DNA of 64,000 nucleotides from Paludibacteraceae bacterium (GTDB lineage: Bacteria > Bacteroidota > Bacteroidia > Bacteroidales > Paludibacteraceae): assembly GCA_017503075.1 (NCBI GenBank), contig JAFVTU010000015.1, positions 36,071 through 100,070 of the forward strand. Reading direction: 5' to 3'. Positions 20,694 to 30,000 of the stretch are shown one piece after another; the first letter of the stretch is position 1, and the number at the start of each line of letters is the position of its first letter. A program made the position numbers and the translations under genes. The notes beneath the pieces were generated by a model. It saw only the letters and a list, made by a program, of their open reading frames with translations. It made no database searches and had not been told where the DNA came from.

Positions 20694-23600
20694 ATGAAGA
20701 ATTTTAAACTGTGGAATGTGGTTTGTGGCTGGCTTGTATTTGCAATTGCTGCCGCAACTTATCTTTTGACGATGGAGCCAACAGCATCCTTTTGGGACTG
20801 TGGTGAGTTTATTGTAAGTGCACATAAGTTAGATGTTGGTCACCCACCTGGGGCGCCATTTTTTATGCTTTTGGGGCATTTCTTCTCGCTTTTTGCTAGC
20901 GATACAGCGCACGTGGCAATGTGCGTGAATGCCCTTTCGGCATTGGCTTCGGCGTTTACTATCTTGTTCCTCTTCTGGACCATCACCGCCCTCGGGCGCA
21001 AACTCATCCAACCGCTACACAACGCTACACCATCCTACACAATGACACAAGGTATCGCCCTTCTTGGAGCTGGTGTTGTAGGTGCGTTGGCATACACGTT
21101 CTCCGACACGTTCTGGTTCTCGGCGGTAGAAGGTGAGGTCTATGCACTATCTTCCCTTTTTACGGCAGTAGTCTTTTGGCTTATCCTTAAATGGGACGAA
21201 CATGCAGATGAAGAAGGCTCTGATAAGTGGTTGATTCTCATCGCTTATCTTATGGGATTGAGTATAGGTGTCCACCTCCTGAACCTCTTGACTATCCCTG
21301 CTATCGTACTCGTATACTACTTCCGTCGCCACCAATTCTCATGGAAAGGCGTATGTGGCGCATTTGGTATATCGGTAGCAATCCTTGCTGTTATTCTCTA
21401 TGGCATTATCCCAGGTGTTCCAACTATTGCAGGTTGGTTTGAGTTGCTGTTTACCAATATGTTGGGCTGTCCGTTTAATACAGGATTAGCAATCTATCTC
21501 GTGCTTATGGCTGCGGCGCTTGCTTGGGCAATATGGGAAAGTTATGCTGTGATAGAGAAAGAAACAACCATCAATACTCGCACCATTATCTCTTTCGTTT
21601 TGGCGATGGCGCTCGCAGGCGTGCCATTTATCAAGGAAAGTGCTGTGATTGGCATTGTGTTGATTATTGTGATGCTGATTACACTCTTCCTCAAGAAAGA
21701 GGTTATCCCTGCACGTTGGCTCAATACCATCTCTATGATGGTGACGGTCGTTGTGATTGGCTACGCCAGCTATGCGGCAATTGTCATTCGTTCTTCTGCG
21801 GACACCCCAATGGATCAGAACTCACCAGATAATGTATTCTCGCTCAAATACTATCTCAACCGCGAGCAATATGGTGATACGCCACTCTTCTATGGACAAA
21901 CATACAATGCCCCTGTCAAACTAGACGTTAGGGGCAATATGTGCGTGCCTGTAGAGAAGAAAGGAAACGCGCAATATGCACCTGCACCCAAGGTAGAAGG
22001 TGAGAAAGATCGTTATGTCGTAACAGGCTATAAGACTAGCTACGAGTATATGGACGAGTTTAAGATGCTCTTCCCTCGTATGCACTCTGGACAACCATCT
22101 CATATTCAGGCATATAAAGAGTGGGCTGATATAGAAGGAAAGAAAATCCGCTATGACTATTGTGGACAGAAGAAAACGGAATATTGTCCAACCTTCGGAG
22201 AGAACCTTCGTTTCTTCTTCCGCTACCAAGTCAACTTTATGTATTGGCGCTACTTTATGTGGAACTTCGCAGGGCGTCAAAACGATCTTCAATCTTATGG
22301 AGATATCACCAAAGGACAATGGATATCGGGTATTCCATTCATTGATAACGCGTTGTATGGTGACCAATCTACACTTCCAACCGAACTCCGTGAGAATAAG
22401 GGACATAACGTATATTATTTCCTCCCACTCATCCTCGGTCTAATTGGCTTATTCTGGCAATTGAGCAAACGTCAGAACGCAGGTAAGAACAAAGAAGGAT
22501 TCCGTTCGTTCGCAATTGTCTTCTTGTTGTTCTTCCTTACAGGTTTAGCCATCGTAGTGTACCTCAACCAGACACCTTATCAACCACGCGAGCGCGACTA
22601 CGCATACGCAGGCTCGTTCTATGCGTTCTGTATTTGGATTGGTATAGGTGTCATGGCGCTCATTGATATACTCAATCGTGTAGTGAAAAACGAGAAGGCA
22701 CGTACTGCCGTGGCTGCGGCTGCCGTACTTGTAACCATGTTAGTGCCTGCGCAAATGGCTTCACAAAACTGGGATGACCACGATCGATCTAATCGCTATG
22801 CAGCGCGTGACTTCGGTGCTAACTACTTGAAATCCTGTGATAAAGAAGCGATCATCTTCTGTAATGGAGACAATGATACCTTCCCTCTTTGGTATAATAT
22901 TGAGGTTGAGGAAGAGCGCAACGATGTACGTGCTTGCAACCTCTCTTACCTGCAAACCGATTGGTATATTAGCCAAATGAAGCGTCCATATTACAATTCA
23001 CCTGCATTGCCAATTTCGTGGGAGTACAAAGACTTTATGCCAGGTAAAAACGAGGTGGTTTGGGTAGAGAATCGCCTCAATGCACCACTCGAAGTCAGCA
23101 AAGCATTCCAGTTCCTGCGTTCGGATGACCCTCGCACCAAACGCGATGGTGAAGGATATATCCCAAGTGACCAACTTTATGTGCTTTCTCCTGATAGTCA
23201 ACAGATTATGTTCAAGAAAGCGCGTCGATTTACCCGTTCTGAAATGATGGTGATGGAGATGCTTTCTACCAACGAATGGCAACGACCAATGTACTTCGCT
23301 GTAACTATTGGGGACGATTATCATTTGGGACTCAATCCATATCTTGAACTAACTGGTATGGCATATCGCATCACTCCAGAGCGCAGTAAAGATGGCAAAA
23401 TACGTGTGAATACAGAAGTAATGTATGATAATATGCTAAATAAATTCAAATATGGTAATATCAATATACCAGGTATATATATAGATGAAAATACCATGCG
23501 CATGTGTCGTACGCACCGTATGATGTTCTGTCAATTAGCTGAAGCATTGTATGACGAAGGAAAATATGATAAGGCATTGAATGTCTTAGACTTTGCTGAA

Positions 23601-23897
23601 GAAATGTTACCAGGATTCAATGTCCCTTATGATTATACTTCAGCATCAATGGCTTCTCTTTATTATGCTATGGATGAAATAGAGAAGGGTAATGCAATTA
23701 TGATTGATGTTGCTGAAAATAGTGTTGAGTATATGGAGTGGGGAGCTTCCTTAGAGCCACAATTACGAAAATCTGCACAATCAACCATAGGACACCATAC
23801 TGCAGTACTTGGATTTGTACTAAACAATCTTCAACGATTCGAGCAAAAGGATTTGTTTAACAAGTACTTTGATATTTATTCTCAATATGCTCGCTAG
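20694..23897 (+). CDS. DUF2723 / GT117-type (TMEM260-like) polytopic membrane glycosyltransferase with a C-terminal TPR-like region
   Basis: 1067 aa. The N-terminal SFWDCGEFIVSAHKLDVGHPPGAPFFMLLGHFF motif is characteristic of DUF2723, with many TM helices. Confidence 0.75.
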   Translation: MKNFKLWNVVCGWLVFAIAAATYLLTMEPTASFWDCGEFIVSAHKLDVGHPPGAPFFMLLGHFFSLFASDTAHVAMCVNALSALASAFTILFLFWTITALGRKLIQPLHNATPSYTMTQGIALLGAGVVGALAYTFSDTFWFSAVEGEVYALSSLFTAVVFWLILKWDEHADEEGSDKWLILIAYLMGLSIGVHLLNLLTIPAIVLVYYFRRHQFSWKGVCGAFGISVAILAVILYGIIPGVPTIAGWFELLFTNMLGCPFNTGLAIYLVLMAAALAWAIWESYAVIEKETTINTRTIISFVLAMALAGVPFIKESAVIGIVLIIVMLITLFLKKEVIPARWLNTISMMVTVVVIGYASYAAIVIRSSADTPMDQNSPDNVFSLKYYLNREQYGDTPLFYGQTYNAPVKLDVRGNMCVPVEKKGNAQYAPAPKVEGEKDRYVVTGYKTSYEYMDEFKMLFPRMHSGQPSHIQAYKEWADIEGKKIRYDYCGQKKTEYCPTFGENLRFFFRYQVNFMYWRYFMWNFAGRQNDLQSYGDITKGQWISGIPFIDNALYGDQSTLPTELRENKGHNVYYFLPLILGLIGLFWQLSKRQNAGKNKEGFRSFAIVFLLFFLTGLAIVVYLNQTPYQPRERDYAYAGSFYAFCIWIGIGVMALIDILNRVVKNEKARTAVAAAAVLVTMLVPAQMASQNWDDHDRSNRYAARDFGANYLKSCDKEAIIFCNGDNDTFPLWYNIEVEEERNDVRACNLSYLQTDWYISQMKRPYYNSPALPISWEYKDFMPGKNEVVWVENRLNAPLEVSKAFQFLRSDDPRTKRDGEGYIPSDQLYVLSPDSQQIMFKKARRFTRSEMMVMEMLSTNEWQRPMYFAVTIGDDYHLGLNPYLELTGMAYRITPERSKDGKIRVNTEVMYDNMLNKFKYGNINIPGIYIDENTMRMCRTHRMMFCQLAEALYDEGKYDKALNVLDFAEEMLPGFNVPYDYTSASMASLYYAMDEIEKGNAIMIDVAENSVEYMEWGASLEPQLRKSAQSTIGHHTAVLGFVLNNLQRFEQKDLFNKYFDIYSQYAR

Positions 23898-23915
23898 TAG
23901 ATACAGTATAGGAAT

Positions 23916-25262
23916 ATGTATCAATATAAAATACCCGTTTTACTGCTGACTGGCTACCTTGGCAGTGGCAAGACAACTCTTCTCAATCGTATCCTCTCCA
24001 ATAGGAAGGGGATACGATTCGCGGTGATAGTCAATGATATAGGTGAGGTAAATATCGATGCCGAACTCATACAAAGGGGTGGAGTAGTGGCGCAACAAGA
24101 CGACAACCTTTTCGCCCTGCAGAATGGTTGTATCTGTTGCTCCCTCAAAATGGATCTGGTTCAACAACTGCGCGACCTGTGTAATCAAACCGATACCCAA
24201 TATCCAATAGACGGAACGCCATCCAATAGCGAAGCGTCCGAAAGCAGCAGGGCTGCTTTCGATTACATTGTCATTGAAGCTTCTGGTATCTGCGAACCAG
24301 CTCCTATCGCACAAACAATTTGTTCGTACGATAGCCTCATTGCCTCTTCGCCTCATCGCCCATCGCCTAAATTGGACGCTGTGGTAACCGTAGTAGATGC
24401 TCTCAGATTGCGTGATGAGTTCATCTCTCAACTCTCAACGATCGCCAATAGCCAATCGCCTATTGCCCAAGGTGACGACCTCGCTTCCCTCGTTGTGGAG
24501 CAAATTGAATTCTGCAACCTCATATTATTAAATAAGGTGTCGGAGGTAAGTGCAGAGGAACGCGAACATATCCGTGCCATCTTGCGCGCTATTCAGCCCA
24601 AAGCCAAAATTATTGACTGCGATTATTGCGATGTACCTTTCTCTGAGATTCTTGATACCGAACTTTTTGATTTTGAAGAGGTAGCCACCTCTGCCGCATG
24701 GATTCAAGGCGTTGAAGGCGACGTAGAAGAAGAGCACGAACATCATCATCACGATGAACACGAACATTGCCATCATGAGCATCACCACGATCATGAGCAT
24801 GGAGAACATTGCCATTGTTGCCATTGCGAAGCTGCCCATAGCGAAGCGTCCAATAGCCCAGAGGGCGTCCAATATCTAATAGGCGAAACGCCGTCCCATA
24901 ACCAAATAACCACTTTTGTTTATTACCGACGTAGGCCCTTTGATCTCAACCGCTTTGATGAGTTTGTAGCACGTCATTGGGATAAGGGAATTATACGCTG
25001 CAAGGGTATGTGCTATTTTGAAGATGAGTACGATATGTGCTATCTCTTTGAGCAAGCAGGCAAGCAATTTAACCTCAAGCAGGCTGGTACTTTCTATGCC
25101 ACTATGCCTAAAGAAGAACTAATGCAAATGATGGCTACTGACCCAATGTTGCGACGTGATTGGGATGAACAGTATGGCGACCGTATGCAAAAGCTAGTCT
25201 TTATTGGACAAAATATCGATAAGGAAGCAATCTGCAAGGCATTAGATGATTGCCTTCGTTAA
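23916..25262 (+). CDS. COG0523-family (CobW/ZigA/YeiR-like) metal-chaperone GTPase with a His/Cys-rich insert
   Basis: P-loop GYLGSGKTTLLN, CxCC motif GCICCS, and a His-rich tract EEEHEHHHHDEHEHCHHEHHHDHEHGEHCHCCHC. Confidence 0.85.
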   Translation: MYQYKIPVLLLTGYLGSGKTTLLNRILSNRKGIRFAVIVNDIGEVNIDAELIQRGGVVAQQDDNLFALQNGCICCSLKMDLVQQLRDLCNQTDTQYPIDGTPSNSEASESSRAAFDYIVIEASGICEPAPIAQTICSYDSLIASSPHRPSPKLDAVVTVVDALRLRDEFISQLSTIANSQSPIAQGDDLASLVVEQIEFCNLILLNKVSEVSAEEREHIRAILRAIQPKAKIIDCDYCDVPFSEILDTELFDFEEVATSAAWIQGVEGDVEEEHEHHHHDEHEHCHHEHHHDHEHGEHCHCCHCEAAHSEASNSPEGVQYLIGETPSHNQITTFVYYRRRPFDLNRFDEFVARHWDKGIIRCKGMCYFEDEYDMCYLFEQAGKQFNLKQAGTFYATMPKEELMQMMATDPMLRRDWDEQYGDRMQKLVFIGQNIDKEAICKALDDCLR

Positions 25263-25282
25263 CTCCTTCATTCGTTAACAAA

Positions 25283-25372
25283 GAAAAAAGCCGTCTCACG
25301 ACGGCTTTTTTTCCACGGTATTAGTCTGTTTGATTTTTTAAGGTACAAAAAAGATTGTGTCGATTTTTAAAT
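25283..25372 (-). ncRNA. Candidate small RNA (orphan promoter to terminator, about 85-90 nt, no ORF)
   Basis: A full promoter consensus lies at 25380-25410 on the minus strand, and the bidirectional terminator is about 70 nt downstream. The interval has no ATG-initiated ORF. The nearest upstream minus-strand CDS ends at 25492. Confidence 0.3.
25285..25313. terminator. Bidirectional rho-independent terminator
   Basis: aaaaaa gccgtc tcac gacggc ttttttt. The GC stem (25291-25296 / 25301-25306) is flanked by an A-run and a T-run. Confidence 0.8.
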
Positions 25373-25379
25373 CCGCTGC

Positions 25380-25410
25380 AAAGGTACTGCTTTTTTCTCA
25401 TCCCCGCAAG
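25380..25410 (-). promoter_or_regulatory. Orphan Bacteroidota-type promoter (TTGC-N19-TACCTTTG)
   Basis: caaaggta at 25380-25387 and gcaa at 25407-25410 on the + strand. The 23-nt offset matches the promoters of ppdK, hsdM and the polysaccharide locus in this window. Confidence 0.5.
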
Positions 25411-25491
25411 AGTTGTTTATATGTTATGCAACACGTTTTTAGCGAAAAAAGCTTAAATATGTTGTAGAACATACGTTTTCGGAGCGTCTGG

Positions 25492-25986
25492 CTAGTATCT
25501 TTCCAACTCAATCACCTCTAAATCGCGAATTTCTTTCCCATCAATCACAAACCTGAGCAATGTCTGTACGGTCTGCCAACCTTGTTTGCCTGCAGACCCA
25601 GGATTCATGGTCAGCATCTGCCATGTGGGGTCGTATTGCACCTTCAAAATATGGCTATGACCACATACAAATAATTGCGGTGTCTCTTTCTTGAACATCG
25701 GCAACAACCATGGATTATATTTCCCAGGATAACCGCCAATATGCGTTAACAACACATTGACATCTTCTACACGAAAACGATAGAACTCGCTGAGCGAAAA
25801 TCGTACATCGCCACTGTCCATATTGCCATACACTGCGCGAGTGGGTTTGAACTCACGCAAATGTTGTAGCACCATAGCACTGCCTATATCACCTGCATGC
25901 CATATCTCGTCCACTTCTGCGAAATGCTCCAGTACTCGCGGATCAAGATACCCATGTGTATCGCTTAGTACGCCTATTCGTGTCAT
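25492..25986 (-). CDS. YfcE/MJ0936-family metallophosphoesterase
   Basis: 164 aa with the motifs IGVLSDTHG, HAGD, GNMD and CGHSH. Confidence 0.8.
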   Translation of the reverse strand: MTRIGVLSDTHGYLDPRVLEHFAEVDEIWHAGDIGSAMVLQHLREFKPTRAVYGNMDSGDVRFSLSEFYRFRVEDVNVLLTHIGGYPGKYNPWLLPMFKKETPQLFVCGHSHILKVQYDPTWQMLTMNPGSAGKQGWQTVQTLLRFVIDGKEIRDLEVIELERY

Positions 25987-26001
25987 AAATCATATTTCGA
26001 G

Positions 26002-26041
26002 AATTGACAACAATTGACATCTTAATTGACATAAATTGTCG
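26002..26041. repeat. Three direct AATTGACA repeats plus a degenerate fourth, at a 10-12-nt step
   Basis: aattgaca at 26002, 26012 and 26024, and aattgtcg at 26034. The array lies in the 82-nt gap between the permease and phosphoesterase genes. Confidence 0.7.
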
Positions 26042-26068
26042 TTTAATATCTCCCAACAAACAGTGGTT

Positions 26069-26734
26069 TTACTTTTTTTCAGCTTTTTCCAGCACCAAAA
26101 TGCTCACTATCATCGCAGCTACAGCCACGCTCAAGAAGAATACCACATCTCGCAAATCCACCACGCCACGCGAGATACTGCTATAGTGGTCTTGCAGCGT
26201 TACCCAATATAGTACAAAGCAGCTAACTGCACCTAAGATAAATGCCACTAGTTGGCTGCGTGTCACTGTACTGCAAAGCATGCCAATGCCTATGAACGAT
26301 GCGCTCAAGAGCACCAAACCCATCATGGAACCCGCGAATTGTCCGCCATCGATATTGCCTATCGGCTCTGCCATGTAGAAGACAATAAAGTAGTGCACAA
26401 CACATGGTAATAGGGCTATTACTGTAAGCACGAAAGATGCCATATACTTACCCACTACGATACGCCAAAGTGGAATAGGTTGTGCACGTAGTAGCAGCCA
26501 TGTTCCGCTTTGTCGCTCTTCGGCAAACAGACGCATGGTCAATGCGGGACACACGAGCATGAGTAGCCATGGACTGATTTGGAATAGTCCATCCACTTGT
26601 GCATAACCTGATTCGATGATGTTCCATTGCCCAGGTATCACCCATAGGAATAGACTCACTGCTAATAGAAACAACCCAATCACGATATACGCAATCGGCG
26701 TTGAAAAGTAATATGAGAGTTCTTTTCTGAACAT
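26069..26734 (-). CDS. ABC-2 type transporter permease (GldF-like)
   Basis: 221 aa with about 6 TM helices. The N-terminus MFRKELSYYFSTPIAYIVIGLFLL and the FAEERQSGTW motif resemble GldF/ABC-2 permeases. Confidence 0.55.
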   Translation of the reverse strand: MFRKELSYYFSTPIAYIVIGLFLLAVSLFLWVIPGQWNIIESGYAQVDGLFQISPWLLMLVCPALTMRLFAEERQSGTWLLLRAQPIPLWRIVVGKYMASFVLTVIALLPCVVHYFIVFYMAEPIGNIDGGQFAGSMMGLVLLSASFIGIGMLCSTVTRSQLVAFILGAVSCFVLYWVTLQDHYSSISRGVVDLRDVVFFLSVAVAAMIVSILVLEKAEKK

Positions 26735-26774
26735 GTGAATGTACTTTTTAATACTAACGTTCTAATTTTCTCTG

Positions 26775-26806
26775 CAAAAGTAGTGATTTATTTTGAGTTA
26801 TGCAAA
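26775..26806 (-). promoter_or_regulatory. Promoter of the permease/phosphoesterase unit
   Basis: caaaagta at 26775-26782 and gcaa at 26802-26805, giving TTGC-N19-TACTTTTG. Confidence 0.5.
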
Positions 26807-26880
26807 TATTTTATGTGTTTTTTATTCAATTTATATTTAGATACTGACCTTTTGTACTCATAAATTCCCTGCAAGTTTCG

Positions 26881-27030
26881 GGACCACCATTGGACATCTC
26901 TAGGACATCTATGGGCTTTCTGTGGCTTTTAGATTGCTCTCAAGTTGCCTGCGGGCTAGGCGACCATTTCGCGACCACTAGTGCCTATCTATTGCCTATT
27001 TGTGCCCTATTTATGGCTTTTAGTTTTCCG
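26881..27030. repeat. Array of doubled 10-12-nt words (phased filler) 3' of hsdR
   Basis: ggacatctcta/ggacatctatg, ggctttctgt/ggcttttaga, gcgaccatttc/gcgaccactag, and tgcctatctat/tgcctatttg/tgccctatttat. Also, 26903-26925 matches 63759-63781 at 21 of 23 positions. Confidence 0.75.
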
Positions 27031-27051
27031 TTTTTACTTCTCCGTTGATTT

Positions 27052-30000
27052 TTACACTATCCCTTGGTAGGAGATGATACCATGTAGTTGTTGGATATAG
27101 TCGCGTACACAGATGGTTTGGGCACCGAAGGTGTCCAGCCAATCCATATTGCTGAAGGGTTCTTCTGCAAATGTGTCGGTAGTGATGTCGCCATTGACGG
27201 ATACATAGTCCAGAATCTTCTTCAAGTACTCGCTTTGCATGGTGGTCAAGGCACTTGTTTGTATCAGGTCTATGAATTTCTGCAAAGCAATCTCACGGTC
27301 AATACCAATGATGGATCGAATGAATGCCGCGATATTTCCTCCGTACAACTTATAACGCTCTTGGCGGAGATAGGTATGCTCGTAGTCCTCCTTCGTGCCC
27401 AGTTCTTTCCAGAAGATTTGCTCTAGTTCGCGGATATCATCGTTGGTCAGTGGTTCGAGGTGGAAAATCTTTTGCAGTACCGTATCATCCTCTAAATGGG
27501 CTTGCAGATAGTCCATCACTTTTTGGCGATAGGTGGCTTGCATACTCACAGGAGTATCGCTATCTACAGGGGTGAGCACATCCTCAATATCAATGACAAA
27601 CGTCTTGCCCTGCTCGCCTGCGATATAATGAACGATGTCGCGCAGCTCTTGACGCACATACTCTGCTGATTGGAGTGTCTTGTTTTCCCAGAAAGCAGGT
27701 GTCTGCAAGAGGCGGATGGTCTCTATCTTACTGAGCACCTCTGGTATGCTGGCTTTCTTCTCCAATTGCTTGGCAATGGTTTGTATCTTGGCAGCAGGTT
27801 TGAGTCCGTTGACGGTGTCGTCGAGCATGGATAGTTCTTCCATGAAGTTAAGCAAGTCCCACTTGCGTGCCATCTCATCCACAGGCGGTGTGATGAGCAA
27901 TGGGGCTACTTCTTGCTCCAGTGATACGCGTTGAATATCAGAGATATACTGCCATGCTTTGGCTTGCTTGAACTGACTGACAATCTGCCAATGTTTGCGC
28001 ACGGCGGTGCGTGTGTCCTCCAATGTCTCCACTTGCATGCGCAGTTCGTCTTTCAGACGGTCGTGCAGTGCTTTGGCAGAGGGGTCTTCTTGGTATTTCA
28101 CATCTTGCAGGATAGTGGCTATGCGCAGTTTGATGGCAAAGAGCCGTTCGGTGAGCGAAGCGGAGCGCCGAGGTTCGGAGCCGTTGGGCTGGCTACCGAA
28201 ATACTCGAAGTTGCCGCAGTGGTCAAAGATATAGAACTGCTCTTTGTCTTTGCCCGCACCGAAGATATTAGGGCAGAGGCGTGTGCCTCGACCAATCATC
28301 TGCATGAACTTCACCTTGCTACGTACCTGCTTGAAGAACACCAGATTGAGTACATCGGGCACGTCCACACCCGTGTCGAGCATATCCACGCTGACGGCAA
28401 TCTGTATTTTCTTCTTTTGGTCTTGTGGTGCTGCAGAGAAATTATCAATAAGGTCTTGTCCGTACTTCACTTGGTTGTCAATAAGCGTACAGAAGTCAGG
28501 TCCGTATTGTGGATAGAGCGCATTGAATCGCTCCACAATCATCTCGGCGTGTTTGTGGCGATAGGCAAAGATAATGGTCTTGCCGATAGTATCGCCATCA
28601 TTGACGCGCAAGCCGTTTTCCATCAGGTCTTCTAGCACTTTGTCGATGGTGTCTTGGTTGTAGAAGACTTGGAAAATCTCTTTGGCATCAATATCGCGTG
28701 CGTATTCCGATCGTGGGTCGAGTGCTAACTTGGCTTTTTCGTATGCCCATGCGGTTTCGAGTTGTTGTTTCTCTTGTGGGGACAGGTCATCGTATTTAAC
28801 GCCTTGGGTCATGATGATAGACTGGCGTTGTAGAACATTATACCCCACGAGGTGGTGCTCCTTAACGGCATCTTCCAGTTCGTATGCGAACACATCATCG
28901 CTATCGGTGTTGAGCAGCGAATAGGTGTCGTGCTCAATGTCCTCGCGTGGGGTGGCAGTGAGACCCACGAGCAGGCCATCGAAATAGTCGAAGATACTCT
29001 CGTAGCGACCATAGCAACTGCGGTGTGCCTCGTCGATGATAATGAGGTCGAAGCGACCGATAGAGAAGGGCTTCTTCTCGCTGTCGATATAGTGAATCAT
29101 GGTCTGGTAGGTAGAGAACATGATGCGTGCATCCATATCGGGGTTGCGGTCGTCAGATAGCACGCAGGTGCTGACGGATGGCAGCAGTTTGGTATAGTTG
29201 CGCCATGCTTGTTTGACAAGGGCGGTTCGGTCGGCAAGGAAGAGGACATTCTTCACCCAGTTGTTGCGCATGAGCAGTTCCACGAGAGCGATACTGACGC
29301 GGGTCTTACCCGTACCCGTAGCCATGACCAGCAGTCCGCGGCGCATCTTCTTATTCAGACGCTCCACGATAGAGTGGATGGCTTGTATCTGATAGGCGCG
29401 TCCCGCGATGTCGGGGTTCACGCGCAGGTCTGTGATATTCTGACGGTTGCGTTTTTGGATTAGCAGTTCGAGATTGGATGCGGTATGGAAACTATAGAGA
29501 GGGCGTGGGGGATAACCCAGTCCGTCGATGACCCATGTCTCGAAGCCATTGGTGTAATATACCACAGGGCGCACGCCATATCGTTGCTCAAGGCAATAGG
29601 CATAAAGTTCGGCTTGGTGTTTGCCGATCAGAGGGTCAACGGTGGTTTTCTTGGCTTCTACTACCGCCAGCGGTTTGCCATCGGTGCCAAAGAGTACATA
29701 GTCGGCATAGCCGACACCACTCTCGGATGGCATACCTTTGACCTCTATCTCCACGCATGCCGTACCAGGCACGGTAGCCCCCTCTTTCTCTTGCACCTCC
29801 CAACCCGCTTCGCGGAGCATCATGTCGATATATAGGCGGCGTGTCTCGGCTTCAGATGGCGCATCTGGACTGCTCTTGATGACTATAGGTGCGGGGGCGA
29901 CTTGCGACAGGCGGTTGAGGTCGTCGTTCTGGATGAGTTCATCGCCGCCTACCGACACCGCTGTTAGCATGACGGTGGTTGGGATGAGTGTCTTATCAAA

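Noticed and set aside
24715-24835. His/Cys-rich tract of the COG0523 protein as an anomalous repeat.
   Set aside because: His-rich linkers are a normal feature of metal-chaperone COG0523 GTPases. Only the flanking word-type insertions are reported.
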